Made by a program: the position numbers and the translations under genes. DNA of 64,000 nucleotides from Gemmatimonadaceae bacterium (GTDB lineage Bacteria; Gemmatimonadota; Gemmatimonadetes; Gemmatimonadales; Gemmatimonadaceae), in contig JBBDYC010000002.1 of the NCBI GenBank assembly GCA_040901985.1, positions 21,873-85,872 of the forward strand, written 5' to 3'. The first letter of the stretch is position 1; every line of letters starts with the position of its first letter. Below the pieces are notes generated by a model. It was not told the DNA's origin. It made no database searches and saw only the letters and a list, made by a program, of their open reading frames with translations. This document shows, in pieces, positions 18,060 through 26,905 of the stretch.

Positions 18060-18791
18060 ATGCCTGTTCGCCCGATTGCCCTGTTGCTCGCGCTGGCGCT
18101 GGCGAGCCTTTCCTCGACGAAGGCGGCGGCGCAGTTCGCGCAGCGTCCGAGCGAGAGTCCCCGGCAGGTCGTCGTCTCGGCCTCCGCGACCGTGGACGTC
18201 ACCCCGGACCGTGCCCGGCTCGTCATCGCGGTGGAGAGTCGCGGCCAGACGAGCGTGGCCGCGGCGGCAGAGAACGCGCGGATACAAGCTGCCGTGCTCG
18301 ATGCCGTCCGTCGTGCCGGGGTGGCCTCGGAGCAGATCCGCACGCTCGCGGTGACCGTCAACCCGGAGTACCGCTACCCTGCCGAGGGTGGTCGGCCGAC
18401 CGTGATTGGGTACCAGGCGCGAAACACCATCCAGGTCGAGGTCCACGACTTGACGAAGGTGAGCGCGGTGATCGACGGTGCGGTCGGTCGAGGGGCGACC
18501 AACGTGAACGGGCCGCATCTTTTCGTCGAGGACGAGGCCGGCGCACGCCGAGAGGCTCTCCGGCGTGCCGTCCAGAAGGCGAGGTTAGAGGCGCAGGCGA
18601 TTGCCGAGGCTGCCGACGTGAGCCTAGGTCCGGTGCTCGAGATTACAACGGCATCCGGCGGCGGGGAGATACCTCGCTTCGATCAGGCCCGAATGATGGA
18701 AGCGAGCCAGGTCGCGTCGACGCCAATCGAGACTGGCTTGATCTCTGTGACAGCGTCAGTGACCATCCGTATCGCCATCGTCCAGAGGTAG
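18060..18791 (+). CDS. SIMPL (DUF541/YggE) domain protein
   Basis: Signal peptide, VTPDRA, GYQARNTIQV, GATNVNG, AREALRRAVQKAR; AGGAG SD. Confidence 0.88.
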   Translation: MPVRPIALLLALALASLSSTKAAAQFAQRPSESPRQVVVSASATVDVTPDRARLVIAVESRGQTSVAAAAENARIQAAVLDAVRRAGVASEQIRTLAVTVNPEYRYPAEGGRPTVIGYQARNTIQVEVHDLTKVSAVIDGAVGRGATNVNGPHLFVEDEAGARREALRRAVQKARLEAQAIAEAADVSLGPVLEITTASGGGEIPRFDQARMMEASQVASTPIETGLISVTASVTIRIAIVQR

Positions 18792-18804
18792 TTGGCCCGA
18801 GGGG

Positions 18805-18820
18805 TGTTCCACGTGAAACG
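18805..18820. promoter_or_regulatory. parS: parS centromere site 1
   Basis: TGTTCCACGTGAAACG versus consensus TGTTNCACGTGAAACA. Confidence 0.92.
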
Positions 18821-18843
18821 GGGCGCGTGACGGTTGAGATACG

Positions 18844-18859
18844 CGTTCCACGTGAAACA
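18844..18859. promoter_or_regulatory. parS: parS centromere site 2
   Basis: CGTTCCACGTGAAACA. Confidence 0.92.
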
Positions 18860-18875
18860 TCGTACTGGTGAGTCA

Positions 18876-18914
18876 GGGGGTGGACCGGTATATTCGTCGG
18901 TTCACCCCCCTTTT
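18876..18914 (+). other. Terminator-like hairpin with a -10-like hexamer in the loop, directly upstream of parA
   Basis: GGGGGTGGACCGG-TATATTCG-TCGGTTCACCCCC then CTTTT. Confidence 0.5.
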
Positions 18915-18930
18915 CTCGCGTCCGGACTCC

Positions 18931-19698
18931 GTGGCCCGAATCATCGCAATCGCCAACCAGAAGGGCGGGGTTGGCAAGACGACGACTGCTGTGAACCTCG
19001 CTGCCTCGCTCGCGGCAGCCGAGCAGCGGACGCTGCTTGTGGATGGCGACCCACAAGGCAATGCCACGAGCGGCATCGGGATTGCGCGCGATGACCTGCG
19101 GGAGACGGTCTATGACGTCCTGCTTGACGCGACTCGAGTCTCGGACGCGATTATCAGGCAGGTGCAATTCCGGCACCTTGACGTACTCCCGGCGACCCCA
19201 GACCTGGCCGGAGCGGAGATAGAGCTCGTGTCCGAGGACGAGCGCGAGCTCGCGATGAGGCGCGCCCTGGAGCGTGTGCGCGACGACTACGACTACATCC
19301 TGATCGATTGTCCGCCGTCGCTCGGACTGATAACGGTGAATATGCTCGCCGCGGCGGATGCGCTCTTGATACCGCTACAGTGCGAGTACTACGCGCTTGA
19401 GGGACTGTCGCAGCTGCTCAACACGGTTCATCTCGTCCAGCAGGGCGTAAATCCGCCACTCGGCATCGACGGTGTCCTCCTCACGATGTTCGACGCCCGG
19501 CTGAATCTCTCTCGTCAAGTTGCGGCGGACGCGCGCGAATATTTCGGCGCAAAGGTATTCCAGTCCGTGATTCCAAGGAACGTGCGACTCGCCGAGGCTC
19601 CGAGCTTCGGCAAGCCGATCATCTTGTACGACCTAGCGTCCGTCGGTGCCCAGGCGTATATGGCCGTGGCGAAAGAATTGCTCGAGAGCAAGCAGTAA
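18931..19698 (+). CDS. parA: Chromosome partitioning ATPase ParA/Soj
   Basis: ANQKGGVGKTTT, DGDPQGNATSG, IDCPPSLG, QCEYYALEG, IPRNVRLAEAPSFG. Confidence 0.97.
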   Translation: MARIIAIANQKGGVGKTTTAVNLAASLAAAEQRTLLVDGDPQGNATSGIGIARDDLRETVYDVLLDATRVSDAIIRQVQFRHLDVLPATPDLAGAEIELVSEDERELAMRRALERVRDDYDYILIDCPPSLGLITVNMLAAADALLIPLQCEYYALEGLSQLLNTVHLVQQGVNPPLGIDGVLLTMFDARLNLSRQVAADAREYFGAKVFQSVIPRNVRLAEAPSFGKPIILYDLASVGAQAYMAVAKELLESKQ

Positions 19699-19809
19699 AG
19701 CGTTATGTAGCAACGAGTTACGTCGTTATTTGTGCGCCGTCGCGGCAGGCCTGTTTCCTAACTTGTTGCGATTCATAGTGTTCCGAATAATTCAGCCCTG
19801 CGAGAATTT

Positions 19810-20760
19810 ATGAGCACTGAAAAGGGCCGGCGACTGGGACGAGGGCTCGAGGCGCTGATTGCTCGCGCGCCAACACGCATCGGGACTGCGGCGGCGGCTC
19901 ACGCGCGCGCCGCGGACGGTTCGTCGGCGGTCGGCCTCGCCGACAGCCCGTTTCGCACGATTCCGCTGTCGAAGATCCGCCCGAACCCGTTGCAACCGCG
20001 AAAGGATTTTCGTGCCGACGAGCTCGCCGATCTCGAAGCCTCGCTGCGGGTCAACGGACTGCTACAGCCAATCACCGTTCGTCCGGCGCCGCGCGGCGAG
20101 GGTTTTGAGTTGATCGCCGGCGAGCGACGATACCGCGCCGCCCAGCGCCTCGGCTGGTCGGAGATCGCCGCGATGGTCCGAGACGTGGATGATCGCCTGC
20201 TCCTCTCGCTGGCGATGGTCGAGAATCTGCAGCGCGCCGATCTCAATCCGATTGAGGAAGCCGAAGGCTACGACCAACTGATTCGTGATTTCTCGCTCAC
20301 CCAGCAAGAGGTGGCGGAGGTTGTCGGCAAGGACCGCTCGACCGTGGCGAATACGCTACGGCTGTTGGCGCTCCCAGCCTCGGTGCGGCGGCTCGTTTGG
20401 GACGGTGCGCTCACCGTAGGCCATGCGCGCGCGCTCCTTGGGCTCGGCGATCCGTCGCGGATGGCCGACTTGGCCAAGGCGGTGGTGGCTGAGGGACTGT
20501 CGGTGCGTGAGGTGGAGCAGCGCGTCCGTGCGGCGAGCGGCGGGACGCGCCGCCAGCCCCGGGTGAAGGTCAACACGGGAGGCGACGGCCGCAGCGCCGA
20601 GGTGCGCCGCGTCGAGGATCAACTGCGAAAGCGGCTCGGCACCGACGCCCGGATCGTGCAAGCCGGCAAGGAGCGAGGGGAGTTGCGGATTCCCTACTAC
20701 AGCGTCGAGGATTTTGAACGCCTCTGCGAACTCCTGCTCGACCCGGAGCGCCCGGAATGA
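19810..20760 (+). CDS. parB: Chromosome partitioning CTPase ParB/Spo0J
   Basis: LGRGLEALI, PNPLQPRKDF, GLLQPITVR, IAGERRYRA, ENLQRADLNPIEEA, HTH. Confidence 0.97.
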   Translation: MSTEKGRRLGRGLEALIARAPTRIGTAAAAHARAADGSSAVGLADSPFRTIPLSKIRPNPLQPRKDFRADELADLEASLRVNGLLQPITVRPAPRGEGFELIAGERRYRAAQRLGWSEIAAMVRDVDDRLLLSLAMVENLQRADLNPIEEAEGYDQLIRDFSLTQQEVAEVVGKDRSTVANTLRLLALPASVRRLVWDGALTVGHARALLGLGDPSRMADLAKAVVAEGLSVREVEQRVRAASGGTRRQPRVKVNTGGDGRSAEVRRVEDQLRKRLGTDARIVQAGKERGELRIPYYSVEDFERLCELLLDPERPE

Positions 20761-21218
20761 CCCGACGCGACACCCCGAAACCCGTGAAGGCAACCGGTGC
20801 GCGTGACGCGCACGGACGCATCCTCGATGCGGAGGGTGGGTCGCTGTACGTGCACCTGCATCGCGAGAACGGCCTCGCCCACCGGCACTATGTGCTGCAG
20901 CCATGGAAGGTCCGGTTCCTCGCGTTCGCCTCGTCGCGGGCCATGATCCTGCTTTATGTCGTCGGGATCCTCACCTGGGGGTGGATGGCGTCGCAGGCCG
21001 CGCGGGTACCGCTCCTGCGCCAGGAGGTCGGGCGCCTGACGCGCGATGCGAACCGACTCGATACATTGTCGGCGACGCTTGCGGAGCTGCAGATGCGGTA
21101 TGATCAGGTTCAACGAATGCTCGGCGCGGCGACGGCCCGTCAGGCGGCTGAAGCGCGCGACACGTCACGAACACCACGCGACCCGACGAACATGCCGCCT
21201 GGCGTGGGCGGCCGGTGA
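20757..21218 (+). CDS. Single-pass membrane protein with coiled coil
   Basis: ATGA overlap with parB; TM AMILLYVVGILTWGWMA; heptad region LRQEVGRL..LDTLSATLAELQMRYDQV. Confidence 0.7.
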   Translation: MTRRDTPKPVKATGARDAHGRILDAEGGSLYVHLHRENGLAHRHYVLQPWKVRFLAFASSRAMILLYVVGILTWGWMASQAARVPLLRQEVGRLTRDANRLDTLSATLAELQMRYDQVQRMLGAATARQAAEARDTSRTPRDPTNMPPGVGGR

Positions 21219-21247
21219 TCCGCGACGACCCTTTGCGGGAGACGAAT

Positions 21248-21685
21248 GTGCCGATATTCGGAAAGGATGAACCCTCGGGCAAGGGCCCATCGCGCGCCGC
21301 TGTGACCGAGGCGACGCTGACAATCATCGCTGCCAGCACCACCGTCAGCGGCGACATCGACTGCAGTGGTGTGCTCAAGGTGGAAGGACGCATCGACGGG
21401 AGCGTCCGCGGCGCACGGCAGGTGATGCTGGCCCGTGAGGGCGCGATCTCCGGCGACGTCACGGCGAACGAGGTGGTGGTCGGCGGGGTCATCGAGGGCA
21501 ACGTGACCGCCAGCGACCGTCTCGAGTTGCAGAATAGCGCGGTCGTCAACGGCGATATCGCGACGAAGTCAATCGTGGTGATGGAGGGCGCCCGTATCAA
21601 TGGTGGCGTGAAGATGACGGAACTCACGCTGATGGCGCGCCCAGGAGAGGCCCGAGACGGCAGAGATTCGCGGGTCGCGCGCTGA
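21248..21685 (+). CDS. Bactofilin (polymer-forming cytoskeletal protein)
   Basis: TIIAASTTVSGDI..LKVEGRIDGSV..ISGDV..VIEGNV..VVNGDI..MEGARINGGV beta-helix repeats; GGAGA SD; alternative GTG at 21215. Confidence 0.93.
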   Translation: MPIFGKDEPSGKGPSRAAVTEATLTIIAASTTVSGDIDCSGVLKVEGRIDGSVRGARQVMLAREGAISGDVTANEVVVGGVIEGNVTASDRLELQNSAVVNGDIATKSIVVMEGARINGGVKMTELTLMARPGEARDGRDSRVAR

Positions 21686-21737
21686 CGCAGCACCATCGGC
21701 GCACCATCACCAATTCGACAACTGCCGGCGCCGCTTA

Positions 21738-21754
21738 TCAACAACGATTGTTGA
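21738..21754. promoter_or_regulatory. Inverted repeat upstream of the nucleoside ABC operon
   Basis: TCAACAA-CGA-TTGTTGA in an AT-rich intergenic region. Confidence 0.45.
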
Positions 21755-21819
21755 CGGTACTCGTATGTTGTTTTCGCGTTGTTAATCGACTCTGAATAAA
21801 GCACTTAAATAGGCATTTA

Positions 21820-22812
21820 ATGCGTAACATCGCCAGAGCTGTCGTTATTTTCCACACCTTCGCTCTGGCGCTCGTCGCGTGCGGTGAAAGGGCGTCCGAG
21901 GCCGCTGCAGCACAGGCATTTCGGGTGGCGCTCCTTACCCCGGGACCCATCTCTGACCAGTCCTGGAACTACTCCGCGTATGTGGGATTGCAGTGGATCC
22001 GCGATTCCCTCGGCGCCACCGTACGCCACGTGCAGACGAGGACGCCCGCCGAGTTCGAGGAGAATTTCCGTCAGTATGGCGCCCAAGGAATGTCGTTGGT
22101 GATTGGGCACGGCTTCGAGTTCCAGGACGCGGCGCAACGCGTCGCCGCGGAGTATCCGCAAACGGTCTTCGTGACCACCGGCGGGACCGGCACCGGACCG
22201 AACGTCGGCGCGATGTCGTTTGCGTTCGACGAACCGTCGTACCTCGCGGGAATGGCGGCGGCGGCCGTGTCGCGCACCCGGGTGCTCGCCGCGATCGGCG
22301 GGACCGAGCTTCCACCCGTGCGCGCGAGTTTTGACGCCTTTGCCGCGGGCGCGCGGGCGGTCGATCCGGGCGTGAGCGTGCTGACGGCCTTCATCGGGAA
22401 CTGGGAGGACGCCGGCGCCGGAAAGGAGCAGGCCCTCGCACTGATTGCGCGCCGCGCCGACGTGATCTTCCAGAACGCCGACGCGGCGGGACTCGGCGTC
22501 TTTCAGGCCGCGCGCGAACATCCCGGCGTTTGGATCATCGGCTCCAACGCGGATCAGAATGCCATCGCGCCAGCAATCACCCTCGGCTCCGTCGTCATTG
22601 ACGTCCCGCGCGCCTTCCTGTTGGTCGCTCGGGAGGTCCGCGACAGCAGCTTCGTGCCGCGGGTGATCCGGATGGGCACGTTGAGCGACGTGGTGCGCTG
22701 GGTGCCAAACCCGGCGGTGACCGCCATTCCGGCGGCAATGCACGAGCGCATCCGAGCGGAGCAGGCGCGATTCGCCAGCGGGGCCGGCGCGTTGTCAGCC
22801 GTTGCCCGATGA
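21820..22812 (+). CDS. BMP family ABC transporter substrate-binding lipoprotein (nucleoside type)
   Basis: Lipobox LVAC, DQSWNYSAYVGL, GHGFEF, SYLAGMAAA, ADVIFQ, DQN. Confidence 0.9.
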   Translation: MRNIARAVVIFHTFALALVACGERASEAAAAQAFRVALLTPGPISDQSWNYSAYVGLQWIRDSLGATVRHVQTRTPAEFEENFRQYGAQGMSLVIGHGFEFQDAAQRVAAEYPQTVFVTTGGTGTGPNVGAMSFAFDEPSYLAGMAAAAVSRTRVLAAIGGTELPPVRASFDAFAAGARAVDPGVSVLTAFIGNWEDAGAGKEQALALIARRADVIFQNADAAGLGVFQAAREHPGVWIIGSNADQNAIAPAITLGSVVIDVPRAFLLVAREVRDSSFVPRVIRMGTLSDVVRWVPNPAVTAIPAAMHERIRAEQARFASGAGALSAVAR

Positions 22813-23588
22813 CCGCGCCGACGCTCACCGCGATTGCCGCGCATCTCGACGCGCTGCTGCTCACGGCCACCACGCCCGACTACCCGCCGGCGCTCAACGG
22901 CGTGCAAGTCGGCCATCGCGGCCCGGTGACGCGCGTCGCCGCCGCCGTGGACGTCTCGCTGCGGACCATCGGCCTCGCCGCCGACGCCGGGGCGAACCTG
23001 CTGCTCGTCCATCACGGTCTCTTCTGGAACGGACTGCAGCCGGTGACCGGCGCACACGAGGCGCGACTCCGGGCGCTTTTTTCGCACGACCTGGCCCTGT
23101 ACTCGTCACACCTTCCGCTCGACGCACATCCGGCGTTCGGAAACTCGGCGCTGCTCGCGGCGGAGCTCGGGCTGACGGTATCGGGCGGCTTCGCGCGCTA
23201 CCAGCAAATCCAGTGTGGCGTCCGCGGCGAGGCGGACCTCGACACCGCGGCGCTGGTCGCGCGTGTCACGGCCTGGGCCCAGCCGCACGGCCACCACACG
23301 GTCGCCTCGCCGATTCCGGCGGGCCACCGCACCGAGCGCTGGGCGATCTGTTCGGGCGCCGGTGCCCAGGCCGAGAACCTGCGGGAAGCGTACGCGACCG
23401 GCATCAATACGCTCGTCGTGGGTGAAGGGCCGCATTGGAGCGCCGTTGAGGCCGAGGAGCATGGCCTCGTGATCATTTACGCCGGCCATTACGCCACGGA
23501 GACGCTCGGGGTGCGCGCGCTGGCGGCGCACGTCGGCGAGACGTTCGGCATCCCGTGGGACTTCGTGCACGCACCGACCGGCCGGTGA
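22809..23588 (+). CDS. Nif3-like dinuclear metal centre protein (DUF34)
   Basis: NGVQVG, LLVHHGLFW, HLPLDAHP, GNSALLA, ICSGAG, AGHYATE. Confidence 0.93.
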   Translation: MTAPTLTAIAAHLDALLLTATTPDYPPALNGVQVGHRGPVTRVAAAVDVSLRTIGLAADAGANLLLVHHGLFWNGLQPVTGAHEARLRALFSHDLALYSSHLPLDAHPAFGNSALLAAELGLTVSGGFARYQQIQCGVRGEADLDTAALVARVTAWAQPHGHHTVASPIPAGHRTERWAICSGAGAQAENLREAYATGINTLVVGEGPHWSAVEAEEHGLVIIYAGHYATETLGVRALAAHVGETFGIPWDFVHAPTGR

Positions 23589-25048
23589 GCGTCGCGCCGG
23601 CGCTCGCGCTGCGCGGCATCAGCAAGCAGCTTGGCTCGACGCGCGCGCTCGAGGATGCACACTGCACCGTTCGCGTGGGGACGGTGCATGCGCTGCTCGG
23701 CGAGAACGGCGCCGGAAAGACCACGCTGATGCGCATCGCCTTCGGCGCACTCGAGCCCGACGCGGGGTCCGTGGCGCTTCACGGCGCGACCAGGCGGTTC
23801 CACTCGAGCCGCGACGCGATCGCCGCCGGGATCGGGATGGTCCACCAACACTTTATGTTGGTGCCGGCCTTCACGGTGACGGAGAACGTCGCACTCGGCA
23901 GCCGCCGGAGGTTCAACGCCACTCAGGTCGCGGCGAGGATCAGGGCCCTGGGCGTGGAGACCGGACTGGCGGCCAATCCCGACGCTCGGGTGCGCGACCT
24001 CGCGGTCGGGGCCCAGCAGCGCGTGGAAGTCCTCAAGGCGCTCGCGAACGGTGCACAGGTGCTGATTCTCGACGAACCGACGGCGGTCCTGTCGCCGGCG
24101 GAGAGCGAGGACCTCTACCGCTGGATCCGCCGGTTCGTGTCGGACGGCGGAACGGTGGTGCTGATCACGCACCGCCTCGCCGAGGCGCTCGCCGTCGCCG
24201 ACGACGTGACGGTGCTCCGGCGCGGGCGGACCGTCCTCGCACAGTCTCGCAGCTCGGTCGACGAACGCACGCTCGTCGAGGCGCTCGGCGGTGATGCCGC
24301 CCCTGTCGCCTTGCGTCCGGGCGTGCGGCCGGTTGACGCCGAAGCCGACATCGTCTTCGCACTCGAGCACGTGGACGTGGTGGACGCGCGCGGCGTCGCA
24401 CGACTCCGGGACGCCTCGCTGACCGTGCGGCGCGGCGAGGTGCTGGGGGTGATCGGAGTCGAGAACTCCGGTCAGCGCGAGCTGCTCCGCGTCCTCGCCG
24501 GCCGACTCGAGCCGTCGGCGGGCCGGGTCACCCGGCCGGCGCGCGTCGGCTTCGTGCCCGAGGACCGGCTCGCCGATGCCCTGATCCCGACGATGTCGCT
24601 CACCGAGAATCTCGTCCTTGCCGACGCGGGCATCCAGCGCGGCGTGATCCCCTGGGCGGAACGCGAATCGGAAGCACGCGCCGTCATCAGCGCCCACGAG
24701 GTCGTCGCGACGGGACCTCGGAGTCCCGTCGCGATCCTTTCCGGGGGGAACCAACAGAAGTTCGTGGTCGGCCGCGAGCGCGCGGTGTCGCCGGCGGCGC
24801 TCGTCGCGGAAAACCCGACGCGCGGGCTCGACCTTCGGGCATCCGCCCGCGTGCTTGCGGCAATCGCTGCGGCAGCCGATGAGCATCGCGGCGCGGCGGT
24901 CGTCTTTTCGAGCGATCTCGACGAGATCCTCGGCCTCACGTCCCGGATCGTCGCCTGCCACGGCGGCCGGGTGACCGAGGTACCAGCGCCGGCCGACCGG
25001 CTGGACCGCGCGCCATACACGCGTGCCCTGCTCGGGCTCGGCGCCTAG
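23585..25048 (+). CDS. ABC transporter ATP-binding protein (tandem NBDs, nucleoside/sugar type)
   Basis: GENGAGKTT, GMVHQHFMLV, LDEPTAVL, LSGGNQQK, ENPTRGLD. Confidence 0.93.
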   Translation: MSVAPALALRGISKQLGSTRALEDAHCTVRVGTVHALLGENGAGKTTLMRIAFGALEPDAGSVALHGATRRFHSSRDAIAAGIGMVHQHFMLVPAFTVTENVALGSRRRFNATQVAARIRALGVETGLAANPDARVRDLAVGAQQRVEVLKALANGAQVLILDEPTAVLSPAESEDLYRWIRRFVSDGGTVVLITHRLAEALAVADDVTVLRRGRTVLAQSRSSVDERTLVEALGGDAAPVALRPGVRPVDAEADIVFALEHVDVVDARGVARLRDASLTVRRGEVLGVIGVENSGQRELLRVLAGRLEPSAGRVTRPARVGFVPEDRLADALIPTMSLTENLVLADAGIQRGVIPWAERESEARAVISAHEVVATGPRSPVAILSGGNQQKFVVGRERAVSPAALVAENPTRGLDLRASARVLAAIAAAADEHRGAAVVFSSDLDEILGLTSRIVACHGGRVTEVPAPADRLDRAPYTRALLGLGA

Positions 25049-25980
25049 TGGACGCCCTCGTCGCACTCTGGGACGGCGCATTCGGGTCGGCGTTCGCGTT
25101 CTGGTCGGCGACGCTTGTGCGGGCGACGCCGCTGCTGTTCGTCGGCCTGGCGGTCGCGGTCGCGTTCCGCGCCGGGGTGCTCAACATCGGCGCCGAAGGC
25201 CAGCTCCTGATCGGCGCCGTGTTCGCCTCGGCGGTGGCCCTGGCGCTGTCGGGTGCGCCGCGGGTGGTGATGATTCCGCTCATGCTCGCCGGCGGAATGG
25301 CCGGTGGGGCGCTCTGGTCGGGGATTGCCGCGGTCCTCCGGCGGCGCTTCGGCGTTCTCGAGGTGATCAGCACGATCATGCTCAACTTCGTTGCGCTCGC
25401 CGTGGTGAGCTGGGTGGTCCGTGGCCCACTGCAGGAACCGACGCGCATCTATCCGCAGACGGTGACGTTCGTCGAGGCCGCGCGCTGGCCATTCCTGGTC
25501 CCTGGCCAACGGCTGCATCTCGGCTTCGTGTTGGGAATCATCGCGGCGCTTGCCCTGTGGTTCGTCCTCGCCCGGACTGCGGCGGGCTTCCGTGTGCGCG
25601 CGGTGGGCGCCGGCCCGCGGGCGGCGCAGTCGGCGGGCGGCGTCGACGCCGACCGCCTCACGTTTCGGGTCTTCCTGCTCAGCGGTGCGCTGGCGGGCGC
25701 CGCTGGCGCGTCGGAGGTCGGCGGCGTGACCTGGGCGCTCTACGAAGGGCTCTCGCCAGGTTACGGCTACACCGCGATTGCGGTGGCGCTGCTGGCGCGG
25801 CTTGATCCGCGCGCGGTCATCGCCAGCGCCATCCTCTTCGGGGCGCTGGAGGCGGGCGGCGCCGGCATGCAGCGCGATGCCGGCGTGCCGGCCGTGGCGG
25901 TCCAGGTCGTGATCGCGATGATCCTGCTCGCCGTCCTCGCGGCGACTCGGCGCCGGATGTCGTTGTCGGACGGCGCCTGA
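25048..25980 (+). CDS. ABC transporter permease
   Basis: LNIGAEGQ, EVISTIMLN, GYGYTAIAVALL. Confidence 0.92.
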   Translation: MDALVALWDGAFGSAFAFWSATLVRATPLLFVGLAVAVAFRAGVLNIGAEGQLLIGAVFASAVALALSGAPRVVMIPLMLAGGMAGGALWSGIAAVLRRRFGVLEVISTIMLNFVALAVVSWVVRGPLQEPTRIYPQTVTFVEAARWPFLVPGQRLHLGFVLGIIAALALWFVLARTAAGFRVRAVGAGPRAAQSAGGVDADRLTFRVFLLSGALAGAAGASEVGGVTWALYEGLSPGYGYTAIAVALLARLDPRAVIASAILFGALEAGGAGMQRDAGVPAVAVQVVIAMILLAVLAATRRRMSLSDGA

Positions 25981-26882
25981 TGGACGCCGTCCTCGTTCCG
26001 TTCCTCGAGGCGACAATCCGGACCGCGACGCCGTTGGCGTTCGCCGCGCTTGGCGAGCTAGTCGCCGAACGTGCCGGCGTCATCAACTTGGGCCTCGAGG
26101 GGACGATTGTCGTCGGCTGTCTTGGCGCCGCGGTCGGCGCCGCGGCGGGCGGTGTCGGTCTTGGGTTCGCCGGGGCGGCCGGGGCGGGCCTGGCGATGTC
26201 GGCGCTCTTCGCGTACTTCGTCGTCGCGCTGCGGACCGACCAGATCATCACTGGCGCGGCGTTCACGATGCTCGGTCTCGGACTCACGGGAACGATCGCG
26301 CGGTCCTACTTCGGGATCGGCGATGCGGCGACGTCGATCCCGACGATCGGTCCGGTCTCGGTGCCGGTCCTTGCCTCGATGCCGCTGCTGGGGGCGCCTC
26401 TTTTCCGTCAGCCGGTGGTGACGTATCTACTCTACGCCGCGGTGCCGATACTCGCCTGGTGGATGGCGCGAACGCGCGGCGGCCTCGCGCTGCGCGCCGT
26501 CGGCGAGTCTCCCGCCGCCGCCGCCGCCGCCGGAATCCCGACCGTGGCGGTCCGGTGGGGAGCGATTCTGTTCAGCGGCCTGATGGGCGGGCTCTGCGGC
26601 GGCACCTTGGTCCTCGCACAGGTGGGATCGTTCAACGAGGGCATGAGCGCCGGCCGAGGCTTCATCGCGATCGCAGTCGTCGTGCTCGGCCGCTGGTCGC
26701 CGTTTGGCACGGCCGGTGCGGCCCTGCTCTTTGGCGGGGCGTTCGCGCTCCAGTACCTCTTCCAGGCCCTGGCACTCGACCTCCCGTACCAGCTCTTCCT
26801 CGCGCTCCCCTACGTGATGACGTTGGTGCTGCTTGCCGCGCTTCGCGGGCGCGCGGCGGCGCCGGAGAACCTCGGGCGCTGA
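25980..26882 (+). CDS. ABC transporter permease
   Basis: ERAGVINLGLEG, RAVGESP, GRGFIAIA, LPYVMTL. Confidence 0.92.
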   Translation: MDAVLVPFLEATIRTATPLAFAALGELVAERAGVINLGLEGTIVVGCLGAAVGAAAGGVGLGFAGAAGAGLAMSALFAYFVVALRTDQIITGAAFTMLGLGLTGTIARSYFGIGDAATSIPTIGPVSVPVLASMPLLGAPLFRQPVVTYLLYAAVPILAWWMARTRGGLALRAVGESPAAAAAAGIPTVAVRWGAILFSGLMGGLCGGTLVLAQVGSFNEGMSAGRGFIAIAVVVLGRWSPFGTAGAALLFGGAFALQYLFQALALDLPYQLFLALPYVMTLVLLAALRGRAAAPENLGR

Positions 26883-26905
26883 GCGTCGGGCGGCTGCCCG
26901 TTCGG

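Noticed and set aside
26511..26531. GCC trinucleotide run
   Set aside because: Encodes a poly-Ala stretch in the normal ESPAAA motif of the permease
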